A model generated the notes under the pieces. That model made no database searches and had not been told where the DNA came from. It saw nothing but the letters and a program-made list of their open reading frames with translations. A stretch of 64,000 nt of DNA from Sphagnum compactum (lineage: Eukaryota): the NCBI GenBank assembly GCA_965153455.1, contig OZ234494.1, positions 7,998,001 through 8,062,000 on the forward strand. Direction: 5' to 3'. A program made the position numbers and the translations under genes. Below are positions 49,290 to 61,345 of the stretch, piece after piece; position 1 is the first letter of the stretch; each line of letters starts with the position of its first letter.

Positions 49290-52200
49290 ATGACTAGTCC
49301 ACAGGGTATGGATGAACTGTTCTGGGGACGAGACTATGAGGACGTTAATGACTGGGCGAAGAGGCTCACCATGGCGGCTGAAGTGCCAGATCTGAATGTA
49401 GACAAGCTCTTCAAGATCACAAAGCTGAATCTGAGAGGCAGAGCCAAGGAGTGGTTCAAGAGGTTGCAACCCGCACCAGCCGATTGGGCTGAGTTGAGGA
49501 CTCTGATAGTGCAAAAGTATGGAGATGTGGACGCTGATGACATCAGGATGAAGTTTGATGCCATCAAGCAAGAACCCAAGGAGAGAGTTCAAAAATATTT
49601 TGAACGTCTCGACAAACTGTTTCAGACGGGCCAGTTACAAGATGCCGAGCAGAAGAGAAGGTTTATGGCCAAGCTAAGGCCAAAAATTCGAAAATTGTGG
49701 GTGGTAAGAACGTTTGCAAACATTGAAGAGTTAGTTCGTGCTGCAACGGAAGTTGAGAGAGTTATGGGCGAAATCGGGGAGACTTCGTACGAACCTCTGA
49801 GAGAGGAACAGGAAGAGGAGTCTTCGGAAACCCTTATGGAGAAGCAGGTCACTGCACTAAATAACACCCTGATCAATTTCTTCAAGGGATCTGTGCATAA
49901 TTCGGAAGCATCATCTTCTTCCACTGTGTTTGGAGGATGCCAAATCTGCAAAGGAGGGGACCATTTGGCCCCCACCTGTCCAAGGTTAAATGAAGCATGG
50001 CCAAAATGTGCCAAGTGCGGTATGCCTCATAGGACAGAGAATTGTGGAATAAAATGTGCCTTCTGCTCAGGGTTGGGGCATTCTGAGGACAGATGTTGGA
50101 GGAAACCCAAAGATGGGAAATCACAATCTAGAGCAGCAAATTTCTTGGAGGTGTTGCTGAATGATGAAGCAGCGACCATGCAACAACTTGATAAGCTATG
50201 TGGGAATGAGAATCTCTTCTCTTACACCCGAGTGCCTAGGAGGAGGATGCCTGTTGAAGTCGCACCTGCTGGCACTGTACCATCACCTGAAGTTGCGGGA
50301 GAAGGCACAGGAGTGGGTCAGGAAACCTCTGTTAGATCGAAAATTCTCTCCCATTTTGTTAAGGGAAAGATTTCCCTTACACCCATGGAGACAGTCCTGA
50401 TGATACCAGGAGAATTAGAACACCTTGAGAGCCTGGTGAAATTGGCTAGAAGGAAGAAGGATGCAGAAGCTGTGACTGATCAGGTGTCTATGGTTTCAGT
50501 AGCTCCTGAAATTAGGCAAATCTGCATCAACAAAACACATAGAAGCAAGACGCTCCACTTGCTAGTGGAAATCAATAGCTATGTGGTGGAAGGACTTGTA
50601 GACAATGGAGCATCCATGTCTGTCATGGCTGCTGCAGTGGTTAAAGAGTTAGGAATGATGCATTTAGTTACTGGATTCGAGACCTATAAAACCGCATCAG
50701 GAATTGTGACTCAGGCCCTAAGTCGAGTTGATGAGGTACCAGTCAAGGTAGGAGGCGTACAATGTGCCATGACCTTCATGGTAGTAGATACAGACAGTTA
50801 TGATGTGCTCCTTGGGCTGGACTTTTTGATGAAAATTGGAGCAGTTGTCGATGTGGAACGGGGTCTAATACAAGTGAGACACGGACCCGGAACCAATGTG
50901 GAGGTGTTGCCATTAACGATGGTGAATTTGCTACAGAGGATGAATTCAGAAGCTCTGATGCAAGAGTCTACGACCATCTGGAAAAACACATGCACTAATG
51001 ACGATTCTGACTGGACACTAGATCAGGATCGCGCGATCATGATCAAAGAAGATGCTACGTCTACCTCGGATTCAGATACTGGTACTGATGGTAGCGAGCA
51101 TTGTGATTTGGAGTCTAATCAGTTGAAACAAATTGATTGTGAAGATGAGTTTAGAGATGCTGAATTGGAAGAGTTGGTGAGGTCAGAAGGGCCGCAAGAA
51201 ATTCTGCAACTGATATTACAGGAGCAGGTCGACGGGTTTATGGATGAAGAAATCACAGATGCGGATGATTACGCAGACTGGATGAGATGGGTGTCTGATG
51301 CAGAACAAAGCAGACGAACCATGTATGAATCCACACATGATGCAGCTGCTCCACTTTTGCTGCAGCAACCCAGCCGAAGAGACGCTTCCTCAATTCCGGC
51401 ACTGCTGCAGACTGTCCAGATGAGAGATGGAAACTCTGGTTGCAGCACTACTGAGCAGTTGGGATCATCCAGCCATGAGGAAATGGACACTAGATGGAGG
51501 GAGATCTATCAACGAATTAGGATTGACGACAGTTTGGATGAGGGAGGACGGTAGCAACTTTGGGGAATCTTAGAGCGGTATCAAGATGTGTTTGCTTGGA
51601 ACAAAGGAGAGCTAGGCTGCTGCACCGTTGGAGAACACTCCATAGACACACAAGGATTTCCACCCTGCAAGGTAGCTCCTGGTCGATTGTCATACTGGGA
51701 GGAGGCAGAGGTGAAGAGGCAGATTGATGTGTTGGTGGATTTGGGAAAGATGAGGCCTAGTAATTCTGAGTACGCCTATCGTGTCACCCTACCAGTGAAG
51801 AAGGATGGGAGCAGGCGTTTCTGTGGGGACTACCGACCACTCATTGCACAAACACGTCGGGATTCATTTCCAATGCCACTCATGGAGGATGTGATTAATC
51901 AGCTGGGGAACTCGGCATGGTTCACTGCCTTAGACTTGCAGTCTAGCTTCTGGCAAATTCGAATGGCTCCAGAAGACATGAAGAAGACAGCTTTAATTAC
52001 CAAGACCGGATTGTATGACTGGACAGTCATGCCTTTCGGTCTGAAGAATGCGACGAGTACATTTACCAGAACCATGTCAGAGGTCTTTAAAGACTTGCGT
52101 AGCAAGTTCCTGAAGGTGTTCGTTGATGACCTCAATGTGCACAGCGAAAGTTGGGGGGAACATCTTCATCATCTGGATGTGGTTCTGTGCAAACTCAGGG

Positions 52201-53934
52201 AAGTGAATCTCAAACTGAACCCAAATAAGTGTTGCTTTGTTGCAAAGAGCATTACGTTTCTAGGCCATGTTGTTAGTGAGGATGGCACCAGACTAGACCC
52301 TGGCAAGATAGAGGCAGTCCTGCATTTTCCACAACCAAAGACGGTCACAAACGTCAGGTCGTTCTTAGGTCTAACGGGGTATTACCGGAATTATGTCCGA
52401 GGCTATGCGCGATTGGCAGCTCCACTATTTGAGTTGACCAAAAGGGATGTTAATTTCGTGTGGGATATGGGATGTCAGCAAGCATTCAGGGCATTAAAGG
52501 CAGCGCTGGTTGACGCTCATGTACTCACACGACCTGATTTCAGGAGAATGTTTTGTCTGGACGTCGACTGGTCACCCAAGGGTGTTGGAGCCATACTGTC
52601 ACAGAAGGAAGGAAAATTTTAGAAGGTGGTGGCTTATGCCAGTAAGAGCTTGACAGAAGCACAGAGGAAGTTCCATCCCATGGAAGGGGAATGTTACGCA
52701 CTAATCTGGGCATCATGCATTTCAGGCAGTATTTGTACAGGAATCATTTCATTCTGCGCACAAATCACAAACCACTGGAATGGTTAGCAACCGTGTCGGA
52801 TGCGCATGGAAGGAGGGGTCGGTGGATTGATATGCTGCAGGATTTCAGCTTCAAGATACTGCACCGACCAGGTTTGAAACATACAAATGTAGATGCTTTG
52901 AGCAGGAATCCAGTGGGGCCAGCTACGGATGATGACGGGTTCAGTGAAGAAATCCAGGATATTGGGACTATGCCGGATGACTCAATTGAGACAACTGGGA
53001 GGATATTCTCTGTTCAATATGGTAAGGAGTCAGATTGGTTTGGTTTCAGGAGGCATTCAAGAGAACTGACGGAGCACCGTAGATGCTGCTTTGGCATCAA
53101 CCATTGGCGTTGGTCAGAAGATCACCAACTGTTTATGCTTGACGTAGTCACTAAGAGAAACCAGGATGAGGAGACGGACCCACTTATGGAAGATGTGGAG
53201 GCAGCAGACGATGAAGAAAGGCAAAATTTGGGACCTGCTGATGGTAGGCGAGCTCTGAAGAAGGGAATGATCAGGTACTATGATAGGCAGCAGCAACTGG
53301 AGTTGGTGTTGGCCGCTTAGGAATTATCGGAGTTTGGTAAACCCGAGCTAAGTCATGTGGAACCTGGTGAAGAGGAGACCGGTGAAGTGGATGCAAAGAG
53401 CATTGACATCTGGAAGGATGCAACCTGTTTGGAGTTGTTGAAGGAAAGCATTCTACCAGACACAGTAGACCTTGAGGAAAGCAGGAGGGCCAAAAAAAGA
53501 ATAATCAATTATTGCTGGAGAGAGGAAAGGCTGTACTTCAAGGGACTGTATGTCCCCAAGCCAGAGGAACGAATGCCACTTGTTGTTCAAATGCATGAAG
53601 ATCTGGGACATTTTGGAGAAGAGAGGACTCTGGCTGAGATATGTCGGAAGTACTTTTGGCATAATCGAATAGAGGATGTGAAGACTGTGGTGAAGGTATG
53701 CCAGCAGTGTCAGATGGTGAGAAGGACGGGGAGTCTACGCTCTGAAGATGAAGAGTTGAAGAGTATACCCATTTGTGATCTATTTCACAGAGTGGCTATG
53801 GACACTGCCGGACCGTTGCTTGAAACTAAGTCAGGAAATAAGTACATTCTGGTGGCCATTGACCACTATTCTAAGTGGTGCGAGGCAAAGGCAGTTGTTG
53901 ATCATGGTGCTAAGACTACGGCCAGGTTCCTAGA
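49290..53934 (+). pseudogene. gag-pol of element A (disrupted)
   Basis: Gag with three CCHC-type knuckles, protease LVDNGAS, RT (FCGDYR, MPFGLKNA, FVDD), RNase H (DWS..GVGAILSQ), integrase HHCC and first core motif. Stops at 51552, 52620 and 53318; frameshift at ~52710. Confidence 0.92.
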
Positions 53935-54361
53935 CAACCAAGCCTTAAATAAAAGGTTTGCTTATCAAGGTACGAGAAGCAACACTTGGGCTTGCCAAAA
54001 CCCAAGTCCCAAGCTACACTTAAAGTATGCGAACGGGGTCATGACTTCCCGCGTTTGCCGCACTACCAACCAACCCTTTGGGATGCACTTAAGGCATGTG
54101 CATGTCCCCGCAAGCTCACCTTGCTTGCCTCCTCTTTTGGGGCCAAGTTTCCTTAACCCCAAATAAGGAGTCCGATTTTGATTTGGGCCTACGCAAGATA
54201 GTTCCATTTATCCAATGCCATTTGACAACCCTATTTGCCTTATACAAATTTCTCGTGATATAATCTCTTGGAAGTTTGTTTTTGCCTTTATTTCCTTTGC
54301 AACTTGATGTGGTACATTTTATGTGGCACTCTGCCCCACTAAAAGAAAGGTGATGTTCTCA

Positions 54362-57300
54362 TCACATTCTACGTCTTTTCTTTGCCGGTCTAGCGTGGAA
54401 TTCTTCTATTGCTTCTTAGGCATGTTCCATATCGGATTTGGTCACCCAAGAAGCCTCTATTGCATGATATCCTTTCCACTTAACTAGGTATTCCCGCTCT
54501 CGTCCTCTTAGTTGCCTTGACTTGAGCACGGCCTCCACCTCAAACTCTGGTTCATTATGAACCAAGTCAGGTGGGGACCTTGAGTTTTGCTCTCGATTGG
54601 GCCTTGAGGCATCACGGGAGACCGGCTTCAAAAGAGAGACATGAAATGTGGGATGAACTCTAAAATTTTCCGGTAATTCTAACTTATAAGTGTCGGAAAG
54701 TTTCTTTTTCAACACTTTGAATGGGCCCGCATATGGGGCCAAGAACTTATGACTTAACCCTTCGGGCAACTGGAAGTTCTTGATGTTCAACCACACTTCA
54801 TCCCCTTCTTGAAACTTCACCTCTCGTCGGGACTTGTCCGCAAAATCCTTGTACCTTTTGTGCGCCTTTTCCAAATTGGCCTTGGCCAACTCCCACAAGC
54901 GCCGCCTTTCTTCATCAAGTTGTTGGACCATCGGCACTTCCTCACTTGCATCACCCGAGGTGTGTCCTTGTGTTGCCCAAGTCATGGGCACAATTGATGA
55001 TTTGCCTGTCACCATTTGGAATGGGGTGGACCCAGTTGCGGAGTGTGCCGAGTTGTTGTAACAAAACTCGGCTAACTCCAAATGGTCCACCCAATCTTGT
55101 TGATCCGCCGCAACATAATTCCTTAGGAATTGTTGGATCACCAAGTTCACCCTCTCAGTTTGTCCATCGGTTTGGGGGCGGAACGAAGTGCTCATCTTGA
55201 GTTCCGACCCCATCCGCTTCCATAAGGCTTGCCAAAACTTGCTTGTGAACTTTGGGTCTCGATCCGACACTATGTCTTTTGGAAGACCATGATGCTTGAA
55301 GATGTGGGAGAAGAACAACCTCCCCGTCTCTTGAGCCGTGGCTTCATCCTTTGTGGGAATGAAGTGTGCCATTTTGCTAAATCGATCCACCACAACCATG
55401 ATGGCATCAAACCCCTTTGAAGGGGGCAAACTCACCATGAAGACCATTGACACACTTTCCCACGGCCCTTCGGGAATTGGCAAAGGTTGCAACAAACCTA
55501 CTTGCTTCTTGTTGAGGGTTCGGTTTTGTTGACAAGTTAAACAAGTCTTCACATACTCCTCCGCATTATCCTTCAAGTTGGGCCAATAGTAGGACTTCTT
55601 TAGGAATGTTGTGGTGCGCTTTGCACCACCATGGCCCGCAAGCGGTCCATCGTGACATTCCTTCAAAAGTGTGTCCCTTATCTTCCCTTCCGGCACATAG
55701 AATCGCTTTTGTTTGTACCACAATAATCCATTTTGCAAATGGAAGTGGGACTTGGCTCCATTTTGGATGCTTTGACTTACCTCCTTGGCAAAAGCATCCC
55801 GACGACTTGCTAACCTAACTTCCCTTTGAAGTTCCGTCTCTCCCACATACACCACTTTAAGTTGGTGTTTTCGGCTCAATGTGTCGGGGACTATGTTCTC
55901 CTTTCCCGGCTTGTGCCGGATATCCACATTGAACAATGCCAATGTGTCTTGCCACCTTACTTGTTTTGATGACAACTTGGGTTGGGTGGCAAAGTACTTC
56001 AAGGTCACATTGTCGATCCACACCACCACATCCTTGGAGCCTATGTAATGGCCCCAAGTCTTGAGACAATGTATGACCGCCCACATTTCCTTTTCGTGTG
56101 TTGGCCACCTTCGCTCCGTCTCACCCAACTTCTTGCTTTCAAAGGCCACCAGTCTTCCTTCTTGCACTAGGACTCCTCCGATTGCAAAGTCGGAGGCATC
56201 GGAATGAATCTCAAACTCCTTGTCAAAATCGGGCAACTTCAACACCAGCGCCTTCACCAAAATGCCCTTCAATGTTTCAAAGGCCTCATCGTAAACTTCT
56301 TCCCAATCATAAGTGATGGCGGACTTCTTCAAAAGGTTTGTCAAAGGCGTGGCAATCCTTGCAAAGTTCTTGATGAACTTGCGATAGTAAGATGCCAAAC
56401 CAAGGAAGGATCTCAAGGCGGGATCTCAAGGCGGGAACCGACTTCGGCGGCTCCCAATCCAAAATTGCCTTGACCTTGTGATCATCCATCTTCAAACCTT
56501 CTTGAGTTATCCTATGCCCAAGAAAGTCTACTTCCGTCACCCCAAATTCGCACTTCTCAAGCTTGGCATACAACTCGTTTTCCCATTAGCCTTTGGAACA
56601 CTTTGCGAAGGTGCTCCTCATGCTCCTCCAAGGAGCTACTATAGATCAAAATGTCGTCTATGTAGACGACCACAAAATCGTCTAACCATTCCCGGAAAAT
56701 GTCATTCATGAGAGTACAAAATGTGGCGGGTGCATTGGTGAGCCCAAAAGGCATCACCAAGAATTCATATGAACCATACCTTGTGCGGCAAGCGGTCTTT
56801 TCTTCGTCCCCTTCCGCGATCCGAATTTGGTAATACCCCGAACGTAGATCAATTCTACTAAATACCTTGGCTCCCGAAAGACGATCAAATAGATCATCGA
56901 TCCGAGGTAAAGGATAACGGTTCTTCACCGTTGCCTTATTGAGGGCTCTATAATCCACACACATCCTCAAAGTCCCATCCTTTTTGTGAACAAAAAGGAC
57001 GGGTGCCCCATATGGTGATTTACTTGGTTTGATATAACCTTTCGCGAGGAGTTCTTCAAGTTGAACCTTAAGCTCTTTCAACTCCTCATGACTCATTCTA
57101 TATGGGGCCTTGGCGGGAGGTGCCACTCCCGGCATCACCTCGATCGCATGATCAACTCGTCTTCTCGGGGGTAGGTCTTCAGACAATTCTTCGGGCATCA
57201 CATCCGGGAACTCTTCCAAAACCTTCCTTATGCACTTGGCGGAAGTCACCAACTTGGTGGTTTCCTTGGGCTCATACTCATCCAACACCCGCATAACACA

Positions 57301-58848
57301 CATCATGCCATAGCCTCCCACGCATTTTCTTTCCTAGGAATTTCCTAACATGAAGTGGATGGTTGGTCGACCCGCACAAGGCAACTCATGTGCCTTCACT
57401 CGCACAATCCCACTTTTAGATGGGATTCTAACTAGCCTATTGTGCCCTTCTATGAGCACAGTGTTTTGGGTGATAAACTCCATCCCCAAGATGCAGTCCA
57501 TTCCACCCAAGGTGGAAATTAACAAGTCCACCTTTCCTCTCCAATTTCCTAGTTGGAGAGGCCCCTCCTTTGCTTGTAACGTTGTGGGATGGGGAACCCC
57601 ATCCACGAAGTGCACCTCGATGGGTGCCTTGAGCTCCTCCAAGTGGAGCTCCATCCTTTCGGCGCTTTCCCGGGTTATGAAGTTATGAGATGCCCCTGTG
57701 TCCAAAAGACATAAAACATCCCGCTTAGGAATCTTCCCCTTTAAAAATATAAGTCGATTGCATTCGGGTTGGGCTAGGTTGGCATTGAGGGCAAGTACCT
57801 TAGAGCCCCCACTCCCATTTTTGGACTTGGGACAATCCTTGGAGTAATGCCCCACTTCGTTGCAATTGAAGCAAGCTCCTTTGGGCTTCACCCCAAAATC
57901 TCCCTTGGATTGGCTCGCTTTGAAAGGAGCCCCCTTCTTCACAAAGTTTCCCTTGGGCTTCAACCCCATGCCTTGGAATTGCTTGGGCTCATCCTTGGTT
58001 GGGCTTCCTTGCCCTCGGTTCCATTCCCCCTCATGCCTTGGTTTCTTGTGAAGGAATTTGTTGTCCTTCTTGAACCCGGATTTGTCACTCCGCCCCACAT
58101 CCGAGAAGTTTTCCACTTTTGTGATGGCCTCGGACAATGAGGCGGGCCAACTCTCCTCAAGCTTTCGCTTGGCCCAAATTGGAAGCCCCATCACAAATTG
58201 ACACACACAATCCAACTCGTGCATGTGCCGAATCTCAAACATGAGTTTGGAATAAGCCCTCACATATTGCCTCAAGTTTTCATTTGTGGCATTCACAAGG
58301 TCACGAAGTTTGCACCTCGAGATGTAGTCGGAATTCCTTTGAACAAATTCCGACTCAAGGCGTTCCTTAAATAACTCCCAAGTGTAGCCATGGTTCTTCC
58401 CCTCTTCTTGTCTCACCGTCCGCCACCATGTGGCGGCATAGCCTTTCAGGTCAGATTGGGCAAGCTCCACGGCGGAATGTCGTCCAACCTTGGCGGCATG
58501 CAAATAGTCATCCATCTCCGCAAGCCAAGCATCCACCACTTTTCGGTCTCAGGCACCATCGAAATTCCCGGGCTTGGTCGGTTGAAACCTTTCACTTTTG
58601 GAGGTTGATGTTTTGAGGGCCGCCACCAACTCACCAAAATCAGGCCTACCCATCTTGAAGAGGACTTCCAATTGCTCCAGGGTGAATAGGACCGAGCTTC
58701 GTTGTTCCTCCTCACTTTCGGGCTCATCTTGGTCCTCCCGGGTTCTTGGTTCTTCCTCCCCAATTGACTCCGGCAGGACTACAAGGTCTTCGATGGGCTC
58801 CTCGGCCATGGCTTCCGGAGCTTGCTTACGGTTCTTCTTGGGTGCCAT
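54362..58848 (-). pseudogene. gag-pol of element B (gag, CCHC knuckle, protease, RT, RNase H, integrase, chromodomain; disrupted)
   Basis: CFNCNEVGHYSKDC, LLDTGAS, YIDD, DASDFAIGG, HHCC, SDRD/GQTE, GPF and FEVEAVL...YLVKWKGY..SW. Premature stops at 58549, 57334 and 54416, a frameshift at ~56585 and a 13-bp duplication at 56408-56433. The natural stop is probably 54362. Confidence 0.95.
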
Positions 58849-58884
58849 CCGAAACTCCCAAAAAGAGGTCGAGCTTCACCTTGA

Positions 58885-58896
58885 GCTCTGATACCA
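58885..58896 (-). other. Primer binding site (initiator Met tRNA) of element B
   Basis: GCTCTGATACCA on + (TGGTATCAGAGC on -), 2 nt from the LTR end. Confidence 0.92.
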
Positions 58897-58898
58897 AG

Positions 58899-59705
58899 TG
58901 ACGCGCTCCCAAGTCCCTTGTTGAACCCACTTGAGGGTCCAACTACGTAGAGTTGCGGAAAGTTGGGACTTGAGGGCCGCTCCCGACTTCCAGCACTAAA
59001 AGGGGGTAGAGGGGCATGCTAGAAGTCCCGGGATTAGACTAGGAAGAGGGACTAGATTATCAAGCTTGAATCTGCATCCAAAACCAACCACAAAAGGGTT
59101 AGTTAGCATTCGAGAACACCCTTGGGTGTTGGGACAAGCCACGGGCACTTTGGACTATTTGACTCACCACGGCCCGGACTCGGGGGAAGCCACCACCTTC
59201 TCCCATTTAGTATACTTTGTGTCTCTCCGCCGAGGCTACATCCAAATGGCTATTTTTCCCGGGACTCCCAAGTTGGAGTCCCGAAACTGTCCCGGGCTGG
59301 AGTCCTAGAACTTTGGGAGTTCATATCTCCCGACTGTAACATCCGATTGGAGCGAGGTGTAAACCAAAGTTGTAGCTCTCCTTGAGAGCTTTCCAACGCC
59401 ATGTCGCACTCCTTCTGAAAACGTCGGGAAGGGGTCGATTCCCGACTTTTAGTGGTCGGCAGTTTGACTCTCAGCCCTTCTTTTGCCCATAACTTGGGCT
59501 GCAGATGTTCAAATGGCCAATGCGAGGGCATTTTAGACATCTACACTTCAAGACCTTTCCAATGATATAAAGAACACCTCAAGGCGAGGTGTTTTGACCC
59601 CCTGTAATCGCTTCTGAGTTTTCAGGAGTCCCGGAGGACTCCAACTTCCCACTTTTGGGAGTGTGGGCTTCACCCTCACATTTAGCCCAAAGTGGGGTTG
59701 CGACA
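58899..59705 (-). repeat. 5' LTR of element B (807 bp)
   Basis: Minus strand begins TGTCGC and ends GCGTCA (TG...CA with short inverted termini). It adjoins the PBS, and composition changes abruptly after 59705. Confidence 0.85.
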
Positions 59706-60890
59706 AAAAACTTTAGCTTGTAATAAGCTTCTCTCCCAATAACTTTCAATGGCATCGAACTCATACTGACAACCACCATCGCCCCAACAACCTATTTAGG
59801 GAGTTATGGCCTCGTAGCTTTAGTCATAGCTACTAAGTTTATGGTTGATCATCATCCTTTCCTTCTTGAAGCCTTAGCACAAATTGACAACACACCTTTT
59901 CTTTTCAACAACACCTAATGGCGACATGTGATATTCTATCGTCCCTAGTTCATTCGTGTTTTTTTCCATTTGTACAATTCATCGAACAACAAATGGTTCA
60001 ACTTCAAAATTCCATCTTGAAGCATTTACACCATCATACCCTTTCCAACATGCTCTCCAATGGGATATCTGAAGCCCATCATGCTCAAATTTTATCATGT
60101 TTTAGCCCAAAGGCAAGCGTTTGGTTTATTACTTGACCAATTTTTTCAGCTTTTCGATTATTTTATCCAAAAAAATTCCACAACACTTTGAACGCGACTT
60201 AGATTACCCCATCCCTCAATTATAAGTATCCATTGATGCATGTGCACACATCCCATTGACCCTATTGGTATCTACCTTTTACGTTGCGCTCATGGCAATA
60301 AACGCACAAGAACCCATGATGTAATTCGTAACACTTTTGCTTCCATTGCGCGAAATGTTAGCTTTTATGTGGGACGATAAACAATTACATGCACTTCCTT
60401 CAACCACGTTCAACTCTTCTTGTCGACAAATTGACATTGTGCTCACCAAAAATGACATTCACACCAACATTGTCATTACCGACCTAATGCGAAAGGATTT
60501 ATTTCCATTATCTTGCGCAACCCAAAGATTTGCTGCCTCCAATGGATTCAAGCCAAAAAAAAAAACTATTACGACCAACATCCCACTAATCAATTCTTCC
60601 TTTTAGCAATTGAGATATTTGGATATCTACACAAACAAGCTGATGTGTTTTTACACGATTTTGCCAATGTCATTTGGAACTTGAAAGGGCTAAAAGGCCC
60701 TCATCTTTTTTGTCTTGGTTATTTTTCTTCATCAATAGATTTCAATCACATTACAAAGGATGCAAACATCTTCCATCTTAAGTCAGGTGGTGGTCATAGG
60801 CTTAATTACTTCCCAACTTCCACCCCTTTAGAACACACCTCTCACCACCATGGCCGACCTATTGCAAGCGATAGGTTTTTGACTTGACAA
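59706..60890 (+). mobile_element. Decayed 3' part of an early-branching non-LTR retrotransposon with restriction-like endonuclease (CRE/R2-group type)
   Basis: Broken frames give IAPTTYLGS, AQILSC, CMCTHPIDPIGIYLLRCAHGNKRTRTHDVIR (zinc knuckle plus RHD-like motif), RQIDIVL, AKKKNY and FLLAIEIFG. This is the C-terminal RLE layout. Confidence 0.7.
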
Positions 60891-61204
60891 AATACGATCG
60901 ACCTACTATAGGTGGTCAATTTTTGTCATGGAGAGATTTTGATAACTTGAGCTAACTTGACATCCTATAAATTCTCCCTTTTCCTTTTTCTTATTCCTTT
61001 GTACATTTCCCAAATCTATGATGTGTTTATTAATAAAGTTTTGTAAGGTTTCAACAATAAATGATTCATCAAATTAAGAACCCAAACTGTTCTCAAAACA
61101 AGTGAACTTCTTGATGAGATTTAAAGATAGATCCAATGGCAGCAATTTCTTGATTTGATTTGCTCTGTTTATTCCACTTCACATTCACTGTTTCTCCCCC
61201 CCGC

Positions 61205-61345
61205 CATTTGTGAGGTAGGTGGGTTGGCAATTATCCACCAGAGGACTTAGCCAAATTTGGCTACACACCAGAGAGGAAAGTAGAAAAGCTTAGGAATCAT
61301 GTAATATTTTGGTGACATGCTACAACATAATGTCTAAATATGGCA
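61205..61345. repeat. Dispersed short repeat with TAGCCAAATTTGGCTA palindrome (copy 2)
   Basis: Palindrome at 61248-61263; its flank is homologous to 3480-3500 in inverted orientation. Confidence 0.7.

Larger units (their letters stand above)
47621..53934 (+). mobile_element. Ty3/gypsy LTR retrotransposon A, 3'-truncated within integrase
   Basis: Putative 5' LTR starting TGTTAGTGCAG (~47621-48404, ends approximate), PBS, extra ORF, then gag-PR-RT-RH-INT in gypsy order. No 3' LTR. Confidence 0.9.
53935..59705 (-). mobile_element. Ty3/gypsy chromovirus element B, lacking its 3' LTR
   Basis: 5' LTR 59705-58899, PBS, gag-pol with C-terminal chromodomain, then ~430 bp of 3' sequence abutting element A. 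Confidence 0.93.

Noticed and set aside
51552-51554. Programmed stop read-through between protease and RT
   Set aside because: The element has other stops and a frameshift, so CAG>TAG decay is the simpler explanation.
53357-54166. Integrase with a novel C-terminal domain
   Set aside because: The residues after TARFL are read-through into the antisense 3' region of element B.
47621-59705. A single intact LTR element or a simple nested insertion
   Set aside because: The two LTRs are unrelated and face inward, there is no TSD, and element A does not resume beyond B.
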